Shown here in pieces: positions 37,748 through 48,812 of a stretch of DNA of 64,000 bases. Made by a program: the position numbers and the translations under genes. Within the stretch, counting starts at the first letter, position 1; the number at the start of each line of letters is the position of its first letter. The DNA is from an uncultured Lentimicrobiaceae bacterium. Its GTDB lineage: Bacteria > Bacteroidota > Bacteroidia > Bacteroidales > UBA4417. The DNA lies in NCBI GenBank assembly GCA_964544545.1, contig CAZJCG010000003.1:54747-118746 (forward strand). Direction: 5' to 3'. Below the pieces are notes generated by a model. The model ran no database searches. It had not been told where the DNA came from and was given only the letters and a program-made list of their open reading frames with translations.

Positions 37748-38266
37748 ATGGATGAACTCAACCGGGTGAGTGTTGAGCAATTCAAGCAACTGGAGAAATT
37801 GCCTGTGATCTGTGTGCTCGATAATATCCGGAGCCAGCATAATATAGGGTCTGTATTCCGGACTGCCGATGCTTTCGGTGTGGAAAAACTTTATCTCTGC
37901 GGAATAACGGCCACGCCGCCAAACAGAGAGATCAGCAAGACCGCTTTGGGCGCTACCGAGTCAGTTGAATGGCAGTACGAGGAAAAGGTCGAGAAGGTGA
38001 TCGATGATCTTCAATCACAGGGCTACCGGGTAATTGCCGTTGAGCAAGCTTCAGGCAGCATTCCGCTGGATGAATTTGCTCCGTTTCAGGGAGATAAGAT
38101 TGCCTTTGTATTTGGAAATGAGGTAATGGGTGTGAGTGATTCTGCAATGGAAAAAGTAGACAGCTGTCTGGAAATTCCTCAATTTGGAACCAAACACTCC
38201 CTGAATGTATCTATAACAGCAGGGATAGTATTATGGCATACTTTTTTCCGGATGAAGAAATGCTAA
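37748..38266 (+). CDS. SpoU/TrmH-family RNA 2'-O-methyltransferase
   Basis: NIGSVFRTADAFG, FVFGNEVMGVS and LEIPQFGTKHSLNVSITAGIVLW. The ORF-track start at 37556 overlaps mutS, so a real start at 37748 (or 37733) is more likely. Confidence 0.8.
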   Translation: MDELNRVSVEQFKQLEKLPVICVLDNIRSQHNIGSVFRTADAFGVEKLYLCGITATPPNREISKTALGATESVEWQYEEKVEKVIDDLQSQGYRVIAVEQASGSIPLDEFAPFQGDKIAFVFGNEVMGVSDSAMEKVDSCLEIPQFGTKHSLNVSITAGIVLWHTFFRMKKC

Positions 38267-38440
38267 AAAAACTCGTGCAGAATCAGTAACTTTTAACAAG
38301 TTTAGCTATTAATACTATGGCATACCAGCATTAGGGCCGGTTGATTTCGACCGATTTGTTATATATTTGTATAAATTCGAGTTTTAACTGACAGAATATC
38401 AGCATCAAACATCCAATAAACAGCAAACAAACCTAACCGC

Positions 38441-39937
38441 ATGAAACGTACTCTTCAAGTATTGATCGTGATTGTCTTCGGAATGATCCCATTTCTGGTT
38501 CATTCACAGGATAACACATCACCCCGTTTTAAAAGTCATTTCAATTTTCAACTCAACGGAGGGGTTACCCAGTACTTTGGTGACCTGAACAAGGATGACC
38601 TGTTCAACCGGAAACTGAATGCCGGTTTTGGGGGTATCCTGGGATACCAGATCTCTCCGGTATTGGGTGTCAGAAGCCAGTTCCTGTATGGTAAACTATC
38701 CGGTGAGCACGCAGATAAGTTACAGAAAATGAATACCGACCTTTGGGATCTGGGACTCAATCTTACTTTGAACATCAACGAACTCTTTTCTCCCTATAAT
38801 CCTGAGCGAATCGTGAATGTTTACCTGTTCGGCGGTGCCGGTCTCACATCATTCATTACTTCGATTTCTGATTATAATACAGATGTTGAAATTGGTAAAA
38901 GCGACGGCAGGCAGAATGAGTTATTCATCCCGATGGGATTGGGCCTTGCATTCAGGGTCACGGAGAAGCTGGATATAAACCTTGAATATGGCGATCATCT
39001 GACAATGAAGGATAATACCCTGGACTTGTACGAAGGTGGCAGCAAGCGTGACCAGTATAGTTTTGCATCCCTCGGACTTTCCCTGAAATTCGGAGGAGTG
39101 AAGGATGCCGATGATGATGGCGTAAAGGATAAGGACGATGCTTGTCCCGATAAGGCTGGCAAGGTTGAACTTGCAGGATGTCCCGACAGGGATAACGATG
39201 GCATCACGGATGATATGGATGATTGTCCGGATGTGGCCGGCAAGATCGAGTTCAAGGGTTGCCCTGACTCAGATAATGACGGAATACCGGATAAAGACGA
39301 TGCCTGCCCGAATGCAGCAGGTAAGCGCGACCTGAAAGGATGCCCGGATAAGGATATGGATGGCGTTGCCGATAAAGATGATAAATGTCCGGATATGGCT
39401 GGTAAAAAGGAATTTGGCGGTTGCCCCGACAGGGACGGCGACGGAATTCCTGATAAGGATGACCTTTGCCCGGATCAGGCCGGCTTGACCACTCTGACCG
39501 GATGTCCGGATAAGGATAAAGACGGAGTGGCCGATAATGTCGATAAATGCCCTGAAGTGGCAGGACCCTTGACCAATTTTGGCTGCCCTGAAACCGAAAA
39601 GGCACTGGTAAGTGAAGTGGTGTACTTCGGCACCGATGAAGCGATCGTACTTGCTGCTTACAACCAGACATTGCATAAGGTTGTTGAGACCATGAAGGAT
39701 AATCCTGGTATTCGTGTTGTTGTTGCCGGTCACACCGACTCACGGGAAAGTAAGGAGTACAACATGAAACTCTCTGAAAACCGCGCGGAATATGTTATCA
39801 GTTTCCTGACAAGCAAGGGGATCGAAGCATCCCGGATCATCAAGGAGTTTTACGGCGAATCCATGCCGGTAGCTGACAATTCTACCGAAGAAGGTATGGC
39901 CATGAACCGCAGGGTTGAGCTGAAATCGATCAAATAA
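38441..39937 (+). CDS. OmpA-family outer-membrane protein with thrombospondin type-3 repeats
   Basis: 498 aa. Signal peptide, about 8 DxDxDGxxDxxDxCP repeats, and a C-terminal OmpA domain (GHTDSRESKEYNMKLSENRA...NRRVE). Confidence 0.9.
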   Translation: MKRTLQVLIVIVFGMIPFLVHSQDNTSPRFKSHFNFQLNGGVTQYFGDLNKDDLFNRKLNAGFGGILGYQISPVLGVRSQFLYGKLSGEHADKLQKMNTDLWDLGLNLTLNINELFSPYNPERIVNVYLFGGAGLTSFITSISDYNTDVEIGKSDGRQNELFIPMGLGLAFRVTEKLDINLEYGDHLTMKDNTLDLYEGGSKRDQYSFASLGLSLKFGGVKDADDDGVKDKDDACPDKAGKVELAGCPDRDNDGITDDMDDCPDVAGKIEFKGCPDSDNDGIPDKDDACPNAAGKRDLKGCPDKDMDGVADKDDKCPDMAGKKEFGGCPDRDGDGIPDKDDLCPDQAGLTTLTGCPDKDKDGVADNVDKCPEVAGPLTNFGCPETEKALVSEVVYFGTDEAIVLAAYNQTLHKVVETMKDNPGIRVVVAGHTDSRESKEYNMKLSENRAEYVISFLTSKGIEASRIIKEFYGESMPVADNSTEEGMAMNRRVELKSIK

Positions 39938-40013
39938 TCACGCGCTATTATTGCGCTTCCTGCTGATCGGGAAAGGTGTGCACATCAGGCACATCTTTCC
40001 CGATCAGTTTTTT

Positions 40014-41648
40014 TTACCGGAAGGCCATTTTGCTGAGGTAGAAGATGTTTTTCCTGCTTTCGTCGAGACTGTTATTCCGGATTGCTTCATATCCTGAGGC
40101 CAGGAAATAGTCGCCATACCAATGCTCGATAGTGCCGAGATACTCGCTGATGTACTGGTCGGTGCTTCGTTTTTGTGCAACAGGGGCCAGCGTTGTCCCG
40201 TCAACGACGTCATTCTCTCTGATCACCCTGGAGGCAATCTTCGAATTGGCATTATAGAAAAGGATGATCTCATCGCCATCCTGATAGAAATTCACTTTCC
40301 TGTTAAGATAGGTAGTCAGTATATCACGCATTTCCATTCCGTTGCCCCATTTCATCTTTCCGGTTGAATCAAAGCCGCCGATAAATGCATTCGTATAACG
40401 GTAGCCATCGAACACGGAATACGTGGAGGGAATTGCCCGGCCATAGTAGTCATAAACCATCTGGGTCATCGTATGGTATTCGGGAATGTATGCTTCTGAA
40501 AGGAATAGGTACTGGCCGCCAGAATAATAGATCGGATGAGCTATCAGCCGGTAATCGAGCGAGAATTCCCGATCCGATTCCGACCCTTCCTGCGACTCGG
40601 ATCCCGACATCCTGTCAGCCCTGCGCTTGGTCCTCAGGGCATCCGGGTCATTGATATACTTGTACGCATTCGGGAAATCTATAAAACTGAAGTATTGCAT
40701 CGTTCCTTTCTCCGATTGGTCAAATACAGCCGTGTAATAGCCATCGGAAACCGGCGTGTTGTCCTGGTTGGCATCCTGATACATCTGCCTGCGATAGAAG
40801 GAATTATAGTAGTAGTAATTATAATAGTCGTTATAGTAATCATAATTTCTCCGGTTTCTGGTGCCGGAACCATAAGCACCTGCCACAAAGCCTTTTCCTT
40901 CGCCGGTGATCACAATGCTTGCCGAATTGATGATCTTTTTCTCCTGGTTGTTTTCAAAATTAATGGTTCGCCTGAGTGCCGAAGAACTGTTGTATATGTT
41001 CAGAAGGATCCGGTTGCGGTTTGATGAAGGCTGCTGCTTGAAGGCTGCATAGATATCGTTGTATATGGTATCTGCCGCGATGTCAAGAAGAAGCGTGTTG
41101 TCTTCATCAGCAAAATCGAAAGTCCTTTTTTCACCGTTCATCAGCGAAAATCCGATCATTCCGGGTTTCCCTTTTCGCAGGTTGTAACCGATCAGTGCCA
41201 GGTCATCCAGAATCTCGAAGTCGGCCACTTCGGCCCGGTCAGGGATGGAACTCTTATGCTCAGTAATAATCTTTAAAGCAGGGTAAATGAACAACACATG
41301 GATATTCTCTTCCGATTTCCGCTGCGTGTCATGGAACAACAGGTAGATCACCTTTCCCCGCGCAAAGCCTTTCAGGTAATTCACATCCTCATGCATAGGA
41401 ATGAGTTTTCTCCAAGACTCATTGAGGTTCTTATCAAGCATCACGAACGACCAGCTGATACTGTCCTTCCCGACATCATTCCGGGTCGGATAGAACAGGC
41501 AGAGGCCATTTTCGCCAAAGGGAATAAAGTTTACCGGATTGGCACCGGCCTTTACCGGTATTTCAACACGAAGCGGCTGCGCCGACTGGCTATGAACCAG
41601 CGAAAGGAGTGAAAGACAGATCAGGGCAGTGAAGAAGGCTCTTTTCAT
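40014..41648 (-). CDS. Hypothetical secreted protein
   Basis: 544 aa with signal peptide MKRAFFTALICLSLLSLVHSQSA. Contains a Tyr/Asn-rich tract. No family recognised. Confidence 0.6.
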   Translation of the reverse strand: MKRAFFTALICLSLLSLVHSQSAQPLRVEIPVKAGANPVNFIPFGENGLCLFYPTRNDVGKDSISWSFVMLDKNLNESWRKLIPMHEDVNYLKGFARGKVIYLLFHDTQRKSEENIHVLFIYPALKIITEHKSSIPDRAEVADFEILDDLALIGYNLRKGKPGMIGFSLMNGEKRTFDFADEDNTLLLDIAADTIYNDIYAAFKQQPSSNRNRILLNIYNSSSALRRTINFENNQEKKIINSASIVITGEGKGFVAGAYGSGTRNRRNYDYYNDYYNYYYYNSFYRRQMYQDANQDNTPVSDGYYTAVFDQSEKGTMQYFSFIDFPNAYKYINDPDALRTKRRADRMSGSESQEGSESDREFSLDYRLIAHPIYYSGGQYLFLSEAYIPEYHTMTQMVYDYYGRAIPSTYSVFDGYRYTNAFIGGFDSTGKMKWGNGMEMRDILTTYLNRKVNFYQDGDEIILFYNANSKIASRVIRENDVVDGTTLAPVAQKRSTDQYISEYLGTIEHWYGDYFLASGYEAIRNNSLDESRKNIFYLSKMAFR

Positions 41649-41812
41649 TCGTGAAACTCAAATTTTAAGAATGAAATGAATTTTAAGTTTTTAGCCGAAT
41701 AATCCCGTCCCGGCAACTATCGGGATGCCCCGACGGCATAACTTGGATTCGGCTCTGGTAACAGTGTGATTCAAAAGTATAACAAATAGAAGTGTGGAAT
41801 AGTGTGCCGAAA

Positions 41813-41845
41813 TAAAAAAAGCAGCCCCTGCAGGCTGCTTTTTCT
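41813..41845 (-). terminator. Rho-independent terminator after the T9SS-tailed gene
   Basis: agcagcc / ggctgct stem (41820..41839), with the A-run at 41814..41820 giving a T-run on the minus strand. Confidence 0.7.
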
Positions 41846-41860
41846 TTGTAGTAAACGTTA

Positions 41861-43477
41861 TCAGCGTATAATCAGTTTGTGCATCTCACGGATCTGACCG
41901 GAGGCATCACGGATCTCGGCCAGATACATTCCTGCACCAATCCCGGAGGTTGAAACTGCTGTGCCTGTCCGGTTGATCACTCTTTCCAGAACCTTGGCTC
42001 CCTGTGAGTTGAACAATACAAGTGTGAAAGTATTTCCTGAAGGAATATCAACGCGGAATTCGCTCGTGCACGGATTCGGATAGAGCGAAGTGCTGGTTGC
42101 CGGAGTACCTTCATGAATGCCCACACCTGAATTGTTGGTAAGGGTAACATCGTCAATTTCCCAGGTAGGTACAGCCGTGGTTTCGCAGGTATATTTGAAT
42201 GCTATATGCACGTTGGTTCCTTCATAACCGGTAACGCTGACAAGTCCCGAAGGTGTCCATGTCCATGATCCTGCCGAGAAGGTGGCAGACGAGGTCAGGT
42301 CAGTCCATGTGCCATTGGTTGAAGGATCGCCGCTTGAATAATCGGTAGAGACCATGAGTTGAATGCCACTGGTCCCCGTGCCGTAGTTCATGGCTGAAAC
42401 AAAGGCCAGATTGGGGGAACTGCCGGCCGGAATGCTCAGCGTGGGGGAGACGAGCCAGTCTTCGTTAGCATGGCCTGCACCTCCTGAATAACCGCTCATC
42501 TTGGCAAAAATGACATTGCTGATGGTGTCGGTGGTCCATTTTTCATCTCCCGTTACGCTAAATTCTGTCCAGGGCGAGAGACCCAGATCGAAGTTCTGCT
42601 GGTGAAGGATTGCCTGGGTCCTTGCGGAACCCGACGGAGCAGTTCCATCAGTCTTGTAATCAACTGTTGAGCCTGCATTGGTATAGGGGTAAATTTTCAG
42701 GTAATAGGTACTAGTGGCATTCAGTCCGTCAAAGGTGTACTCCTGAACTCCCTGCATGACGTTCTTAGCTCCTGCGCCATCCGACAGATTCAGGTCATCG
42801 CCGGTGAAGGTGCCGTCAACCGGTGCGGTAATGTTGTCGGTGGATGATATTTTCAACAGGTAAGCTGCCGGAAGTTGTGCGCCGGTGGCATCAGTCCAGC
42901 TGGCATGAAGGCTCAGTCCCTCACCGGTTACGGCAAAGGAAGTGGGGTAGTTTGAAGGCTCCGGATCGGGAGTGCTGCTGCCATAAGCGGTCCAGGTAAT
43001 GTTGTCAACCGACACCTGTCCTGCATTGGTATTCGTCTGGATAAGTGTAAGCGTTACACTGCCCGACACATTCACTACAATTGGTCCGGTATTCTTCACG
43101 ATCCCCTGTTCGCTGTTGGTGGTTACCGTGGTGATAAGGGTTCCGTTCACTTTAACATCAAGCGATACATTACTTGAAAATACCTGTTCGTAATCAAAGC
43201 TGAGTGTGCCCATGCCATTTGCCAGTAACCCGGAAGTTATTTCCGCAGTCGGGGTACGGTTTTTTCCAAGGGTCGGTGTGGGAGCAGTGATCACGGAATC
43301 GCCGCGGCACTGGTAATAGTTCCAGGTGGAACCATCCATTCCCACGAAAGTGCCATCATGATAAGAGTTGGAAGTTTCCGGGAAGTTGGTGAAATCTTCC
43401 AGCCCCTGAGCCCAGACTCCTGAAAATGACAGGCAGATCAGGGCTGTAAGGATAAAATGAGTAAATTTATTGTTCAT
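41861..43477 (-). CDS. Secreted protein with a T9SS C-terminal sorting domain
   Basis: 538 aa with a signal peptide. The C-terminus LYPNPCTSEFRVDIPSGNTFTLVLFNSQGAKVLE...GMYLAEI is typical of a Por secretion tail. Confidence 0.8.
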   Translation of the reverse strand: MNNKFTHFILTALICLSFSGVWAQGLEDFTNFPETSNSYHDGTFVGMDGSTWNYYQCRGDSVITAPTPTLGKNRTPTAEITSGLLANGMGTLSFDYEQVFSSNVSLDVKVNGTLITTVTTNSEQGIVKNTGPIVVNVSGSVTLTLIQTNTNAGQVSVDNITWTAYGSSTPDPEPSNYPTSFAVTGEGLSLHASWTDATGAQLPAAYLLKISSTDNITAPVDGTFTGDDLNLSDGAGAKNVMQGVQEYTFDGLNATSTYYLKIYPYTNAGSTVDYKTDGTAPSGSARTQAILHQQNFDLGLSPWTEFSVTGDEKWTTDTISNVIFAKMSGYSGGAGHANEDWLVSPTLSIPAGSSPNLAFVSAMNYGTGTSGIQLMVSTDYSSGDPSTNGTWTDLTSSATFSAGSWTWTPSGLVSVTGYEGTNVHIAFKYTCETTAVPTWEIDDVTLTNNSGVGIHEGTPATSTSLYPNPCTSEFRVDIPSGNTFTLVLFNSQGAKVLERVINRTGTAVSTSGIGAGMYLAEIRDASGQIREMHKLIIR

Positions 43478-43573
43478 AATAAAAGGTGATTGAATGATTT
43501 GTATGTAATTGCGTTAATTTGCCTTTGCGGTAGATGTTGTGTAGCGTTACACAAAGATACTATTAATAGGAAT

Positions 43574-43609
43574 AAAAAAAAGTCCGGCCTGAGGTGGCCG
43601 GACTTTTTT
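43574..43609 (-). terminator. Rho-independent terminator downstream of dnaK
   Basis: agtccggcc / ggccggact stem (43581..43603) flanked by an A-run and a T-run. Confidence 0.8.
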
Positions 43610-43628
43610 CGATAAACAATTCCGGAAG

Positions 43629-45536
43629 TTATTTTACTTCTTCGAAGTCCACATCCGTTACTTCCTGATCCGGTTTTGATGTATTGCCGGCGGATGGGTT
43701 TTCCTGCTGAGGACCAGCTTCCGGGCCTGCCTGTTGGGAGGCTTTGTACATCTCCTCGCTGGCGGCCTGCCATGCAGTGTTGAGTGCGGTCATGGCGGTA
43801 TCGATCATGGCGAGGTTGCGGTTCTTATGGGCTTCTTTAAGCTCGTTGAGGGCTTGTTCAATAGGGCCTTTCTTATCGGCCGGAAGTTTGTCGCCGAATT
43901 CCTTCAATTGCTTTTCTGTCTGGAATATCAAGGCATCAGCGCTATTGACTTTATCGACTTCTTCCTTCATTTTCCGGTCGGCTTCGGCATTCATTTCAGC
44001 TTCTTCCTTCATTTTCTTGATCTCTGACTCCGTGAGTCCGGATGAAGCTTCGATCCTGATCTGCTGCATCTTTCCGGTGCCTTTGTCCTTGGCCGAAACA
44101 TGGAGGATACCGTTGGCATCGATGTCGAAAGTTACTTCGATCTGGGGAATTCCCCTTGGTGCAGGCGGTATTCCGTCGAGGTGGAAGCGTCCGATGCTCT
44201 TGTTGCCGCTTGCCATGGGCCTTTCACCCTGAAGGATATGGATCTCAACCGAAGGTTGGTTGTCGGAAGCCGTGGAGAAAGTCTCCGACTTCCGGGTAGG
44301 GATTGTGGTGTTGGATTCGATGAGCTTTGTCATCACTCCGCCAAGCGTTTCAATACCCAGTGATAACGGGGTGACATCGAGGAGGAGCACATCTTTTACT
44401 TCTCCTGTAAGCACGCCGCCCTGGATAGCAGCCCCAACGGCAACCACTTCATCAGGATTTACGCCTTTTGACGGGGTCTTGCCGAAGAAATCTTCAACAG
44501 TTTTCTGAATCACCGGGATACGGGTGGAACCACCGACAAGGATCACTTCGTCGATTTCGGAGGCGGCAAGGCCTGCATCGCGGAGGGCATTCCGGCAAGG
44601 TTCAACCGTTGAACGTACGAGGTCGTCGATCAGCTGTTCGAATTTGGCCCTGGAGAGAGTGCGTACCAGGTGTTTGGGTATACCATCCACCGGCATGATA
44701 TAGGGAAGGTTGATTTCCGTGGAGGATGAACTGGAAAGTTCGATCTTGGCCTTTTCGGCAGCTTCCTTGAGCCGCTGCAGGGCCATGGCATCCTTACGGA
44801 GGTCGATGTTTTCTTCTTTCCTGAATTCTTCAGCCAGCCAGTCGATGATGCGCTGGTCGAAGTCGTCACCTCCAAGATGGGTGTTACCGTTGGTGGATTT
44901 TACTTCGAAAACGCCTTCACCAAGTTCCAGGATGGAGATATCGAATGTACCGCCACCAAGGTCGTACACGGCTACCTTAATATCTTTATGCTTTTTATCA
45001 AGACCGTATGCCAGAGCGGCAGCTGTAGGCTCGTTGATGATACGTTTAACGTTGAGCCCGGCAATTTCACCGGCTTCTTTGGTGGCCTGGCGCTGTGAAT
45101 CGCTGAAGTAAGCAGGAACCGTAATAACAGCCTCGCTAACAGTCTGTCCCAGGTAATCCTCGGCAGTCTTCTTCATTTTCTGAAGCACCATGGCAGAAAT
45201 TTCCTGCGGTGTATAATTGCGGTCATCAATCTTGACCCTGGGGGTGTTGTTGTCGCCCTTGATCACGCTGAACGGGACCCTGCCGGTCTCCACGCTCACC
45301 CTGTCGTAGGTTTCACCCATAAAACGCTTGATAGAGTAAATAGTCTTTCTTGGATTGGTGATGGCTTGCCTTTTAGCAGGGTCACCCACCTTGCGTTCGC
45401 CGTTTTCGGTAAAGGCAACGATCGATGGAGTGGTCCGACGGCCTTCACTGTTAGGGATCACCACAGGCTCATTCCCTTCCATCACTGCAACGCAGGAGTT
45501 GGTGGTTCCCAGGTCTATTCCGATAATCTTTCCCAT
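43629..45536 (-). CDS. dnaK: Molecular chaperone DnaK (Hsp70)
   Basis: 635 aa. [36 protein letters not shown]. Confidence 0.98.
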   Translation of the reverse strand: MGKIIGIDLGTTNSCVAVMEGNEPVVIPNSEGRRTTPSIVAFTENGERKVGDPAKRQAITNPRKTIYSIKRFMGETYDRVSVETGRVPFSVIKGDNNTPRVKIDDRNYTPQEISAMVLQKMKKTAEDYLGQTVSEAVITVPAYFSDSQRQATKEAGEIAGLNVKRIINEPTAAALAYGLDKKHKDIKVAVYDLGGGTFDISILELGEGVFEVKSTNGNTHLGGDDFDQRIIDWLAEEFRKEENIDLRKDAMALQRLKEAAEKAKIELSSSSSTEINLPYIMPVDGIPKHLVRTLSRAKFEQLIDDLVRSTVEPCRNALRDAGLAASEIDEVILVGGSTRIPVIQKTVEDFFGKTPSKGVNPDEVVAVGAAIQGGVLTGEVKDVLLLDVTPLSLGIETLGGVMTKLIESNTTIPTRKSETFSTASDNQPSVEIHILQGERPMASGNKSIGRFHLDGIPPAPRGIPQIEVTFDIDANGILHVSAKDKGTGKMQQIRIEASSGLTESEIKKMKEEAEMNAEADRKMKEEVDKVNSADALIFQTEKQLKEFGDKLPADKKGPIEQALNELKEAHKNRNLAMIDTAMTALNTAWQAASEEMYKASQQAGPEAGPQQENPSAGNTSKPDQEVTDVDFEEVK

Positions 45537-45691
45537 TGATGTATGATGTTTTTAGATTTATGTTCGTTTCATTTTGTCACACTGCCGCTTGTCAATCATT
45601 ATGCCATGATGTGTCATGCTGACAAAACGTCAGACTCAGCGGCTGCGTGAGTTCGGGAAAAGGTTTTCGGGAAAGAAGGGTGAAAAGACTG

Positions 45692-46705
45692 TCAGTCGGC
45701 AAAGAATCCCAGTTCCGTCTGGTTCTGCAATGCGGCTTTGAGGTTATTGCCTACCCTGCAATATACATTCTTGGTGTATTTACTGGAGAAAACGCCCAGT
45801 CCGTTATTGATATTGGTATAAGAGGGCTTTTCGAGGAGAAGTCCGGTCGTTGGGCCGTTTACGTCGAGGTAGGTGTTGAATTCGTCGCCTACTACGGTAA
45901 AGGTGATGTCAAAATGGTCGGCGAGACGGCGCTGGACAGATTCTTCCTGCTGCTGGTCGGCATAGGGGATCTGGTCCTCACAAAGTAGGAAGAAGTCTTC
46001 GCTCCTGTATTCAACCAGCAATTTTTCACCCCCGGTAAGATCGTTGGATACTGAACTGGAAAAAGTCCAGGGGAGGGACCTGGTAACAGTGTCACCGTCA
46101 CTGTAAACCTCTTTATAATAAAAGGTAAGCATAGGTTGATAGAGTCTCCCGTTTTCTGCAGTATTCCATTCGATCTTCTGGATCGAGAAGGTGTCTCTCT
46201 TGAAGTCAATCTTCGGTGAGGTATTCTGGGGTGCAGTAGGTTTGGTCAGGTTAAAATCGTGGACAAGGTTGGTGATGGCGCTGACCTCATTGCCGGTCTT
46301 TTTGTTAGTGATCCGGAGTTCATAGGTATAGTCGGGATTGAGGACAGCGTCGGCCTTGTAAACCAACTGATCCGGTGCATAAAATTCACCTGTTTCCTTG
46401 TTATGGATGGTGATTGTATCGAACAGGATATCCCGGATAAAGGTCGAATTGTTTTTTTCAATCAGCTTGACTTCGACATCGTTACCCAAAAAACTTGAGT
46501 CTGCTATGCCTGCATAGGTCAACGCATTGCCTTCGCCCAGGAAAGCCTTGTTAATCCTGAGATAATGGGTGGTATCATTCTGGCTCAGCAAGCCATATAC
46601 GATGACAACTTCTTTATAGTCGGCAGTTATGTCGAAGTCGGTTGTACAGGCATGGGTAACAGCAAAAATTGTCAGCAGGGCAAGGAGCCGTGTAAATGTT
46701 TTCAT
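45692..46705 (-). CDS. Hypothetical lipoprotein
   Basis: 337 aa with lipobox LTIFAVTHAC. Possibly DUF4249-like, which I cannot verify here. Confidence 0.6.
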   Translation of the reverse strand: MKTFTRLLALLTIFAVTHACTTDFDITADYKEVVIVYGLLSQNDTTHYLRINKAFLGEGNALTYAGIADSSFLGNDVEVKLIEKNNSTFIRDILFDTITIHNKETGEFYAPDQLVYKADAVLNPDYTYELRITNKKTGNEVSAITNLVHDFNLTKPTAPQNTSPKIDFKRDTFSIQKIEWNTAENGRLYQPMLTFYYKEVYSDGDTVTRSLPWTFSSSVSNDLTGGEKLLVEYRSEDFFLLCEDQIPYADQQQEESVQRRLADHFDITFTVVGDEFNTYLDVNGPTTGLLLEKPSYTNINNGLGVFSSKYTKNVYCRVGNNLKAALQNQTELGFFAD

Positions 46706-46930
46706 TCCTAACAGATAGATTCCGGGAAAGTGGATTCAGGAAAATAACCTGAACAGAGGCAGGATATTTTACCATTCTGCAAAAATAACCAATATCCACT
46801 CCGCTGTTCCTTCATCCTGAAGTTATTTTGACTCCCCCTTCATTTCTTCGTAGCTTTGCAGCCCGGATAATTCTCCGGAAATTCTGGAAAAAAGGAATAT
46901 CCTCCCAATAACGAAGTAATTCCCAAAAAC

Positions 46931-47746
46931 ATGATAAAGACCGGAACAGTATCAAAAGTGACAACCCATGTGCTTCAGGAAATGAAGCTCAAGGGGGAGA
47001 AAATTGCAATGCTCACGGCCTATGATTTTTCAATGGCCAGGCTTCTTGACCGGGCCGGGATTGATATCATCCTGGTTGGCGATTCTGCCTCCAACGTCAT
47101 GGCCGGTTATACCAGCACACTGCCGATCACCCTTGATCAGATGATCTATCATGCATGTTCGGTTGTGAGAGGCGTCAGTCGAGCTCTGGTGGTTGTTGAT
47201 ATGCCGTTTGGAACCTATCAGGGTAACTGGAAGGAAGCTCTCCAGTCTGCGATCCGCATCATGAAAGAGTCGGGTGCTGATGCCGTAAAGCTGGAAGGCG
47301 GAGTTGAGGTAATGGAATCTGTTGAACGGATACTGTCGGCCGGGATCCCGGTAATGGGTCATCTCGGTCTTACACCCCAGTCGATTCATAAATTCGGGAC
47401 CTATGTAGTGCGTGCCACCGAAGAAGCAGAAGCCGGGAAACTCATCGAAGACGCAAAATTACTCGAGAAAGCCGGCTGTTTCAGCCTGGTGCTTGAAAAG
47501 ATACCGGCCAGCCTGGGTGAAAAAGTGACTCAGAATGCCAAGATTCCTATCATCGGGATTGGTGCCGGAGCCAAGGTCGACGGTCAGGTACTTGTGTTAC
47601 ACGATATGCTTGGGATCACCACGGAATTTTCGCCCCGGTTCCTGCGCAGATATATGAACCTGAGTGAAGATATCATCGATGCCGTTGGTAAGTATATCGG
47701 TGATATAAAGAGCCTCGATTTTCCCAATGAACGCGAACAGTATTAG
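46931..47746 (+). CDS. panB: 3-methyl-2-oxobutanoate hydroxymethyltransferase
   Basis: 271 aa. [52 protein letters not shown]. Confidence 0.95.
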   Translation: MIKTGTVSKVTTHVLQEMKLKGEKIAMLTAYDFSMARLLDRAGIDIILVGDSASNVMAGYTSTLPITLDQMIYHACSVVRGVSRALVVVDMPFGTYQGNWKEALQSAIRIMKESGADAVKLEGGVEVMESVERILSAGIPVMGHLGLTPQSIHKFGTYVVRATEEAEAGKLIEDAKLLEKAGCFSLVLEKIPASLGEKVTQNAKIPIIGIGAGAKVDGQVLVLHDMLGITTEFSPRFLRRYMNLSEDIIDAVGKYIGDIKSLDFPNEREQY

Positions 47747-48455
47747 CCGGGAAGGCTCAGCCATTAGGTTCTCCGACCAGGTTCTGTATGAGGATAACCA
47801 TATTCTCATAGTTAATAAATTACCTTCACAGATCGTCCAGGGGGATAAAACCGGCGACCAGCCTTTATCGGAATTAGCGAAAGCTTATATCAGGGAAAAA
47901 TACAAAAAGCCTGGCGAGGTATTCCTTGGGGTTGTCCACCGGCTCGACAGGCCTGTAAGCGGAATTACCCTTTTTGCGCGTACCAGCAAATCGCTTAGCC
48001 GTTTAAACGAGATGCTGAAATCCCGTGAAATCAGGAAGACCTACTGGGCAATCGTAAAGAATCGCCCCGGAAAGGATGAGGATACACTTGTAAACTATCT
48101 GTACAGGGACGAAGCCCGGAACAAAACGGTCATAGTCGGTGAATCAGCCAGGAATGCCAAGCGGGCTGAACTTTCCTACAAGGTTCTTGCCCACAGCGAT
48201 CAATACAGTCTGCTCGAGGTGGACCTGATGACCGGCAGGCATCATCAGATCAGGGCACAGCTGGCAGGCATCGGTTGCCCGATCAAAGGCGACCTCAAAT
48301 ACGGATTCCCGCGATCGAACGCGAACGGCTCTATCCATCTCCACGCACGTAAAATTGATTTTATCCATCCTGTCAGAAAGGAGAGGATCACCGTTATTGC
48401 TCCTCCACCGGCTGATCCTTTATGGGATTATTTCATTTCAGTCGCTGATGCCTGA
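47727..48455 (+). CDS. RluA-family pseudouridine synthase
   Basis: 242 aa. [22 protein letters not shown], catalytic [20 protein letters not shown]. Confidence 0.9.
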   Translation: MNANSISREGSAIRFSDQVLYEDNHILIVNKLPSQIVQGDKTGDQPLSELAKAYIREKYKKPGEVFLGVVHRLDRPVSGITLFARTSKSLSRLNEMLKSREIRKTYWAIVKNRPGKDEDTLVNYLYRDEARNKTVIVGESARNAKRAELSYKVLAHSDQYSLLEVDLMTGRHHQIRAQLAGIGCPIKGDLKYGFPRSNANGSIHLHARKIDFIHPVRKERITVIAPPPADPLWDYFISVADA

Positions 48456-48812
48456 TACCTCATCCTGATCTTCTTGGTAAACAGCCATTTAAAGTTCTGT
48501 TTCCAGTATTTCTGCGTTTGTTCCAGAATAGGTAAAAAAATGGAAAACATTCCCAAATACGGACAAGTATTGGGAATGCCAATTCAATGGCATGTCTGCA
48601 ACTATTTGATAAACAGTGTTAAGTCAATTAGGGCATGTATTTTGTTTCCTTCACGCGACCTGAAAAACTTAACTTATTAATCATATAATACAAGAAAAGA
48701 AGATTTCACAGTCAAGTGTCTTGTAATCAGAACATTAAAATAAAGAAAAAGTTTTTAGGTTTTCATTTTTTTTCAAAAATTAAACACGAATGAATCTCAT
48801 TTTGCCCTGATC

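Noticed and set aside
39100-39600. Regularly spaced ~45..70-bp DNA repeats, which raised the question of a CRISPR-like or other tandem array
   Set aside because: They are the coding repeats of thrombospondin type-3 (DxDxDGxxDxxDxCP) units within the OmpA-family gene, not a spacer-repeat array.
43474-43773. 99-aa minus-strand ORF spanning the dnaK terminator and the end of the dnaK gene
   Set aside because: It overlaps the dnaK 3' end in another frame and a strong terminator hairpin. Its composition is Arg/Gly-rich and non-protein-like.
48456-48812. AT-rich 357-bp intergenic region with an imperfect hairpin (attcccaaatac ... gtattgggaat) and a 68-aa ORF (48474..48680)
   Set aside because: The hairpin is imperfect and has no clear T-run. 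The ORF is Cys- and aromatic-rich with no support. This is probably just a terminator and promoter spacer.
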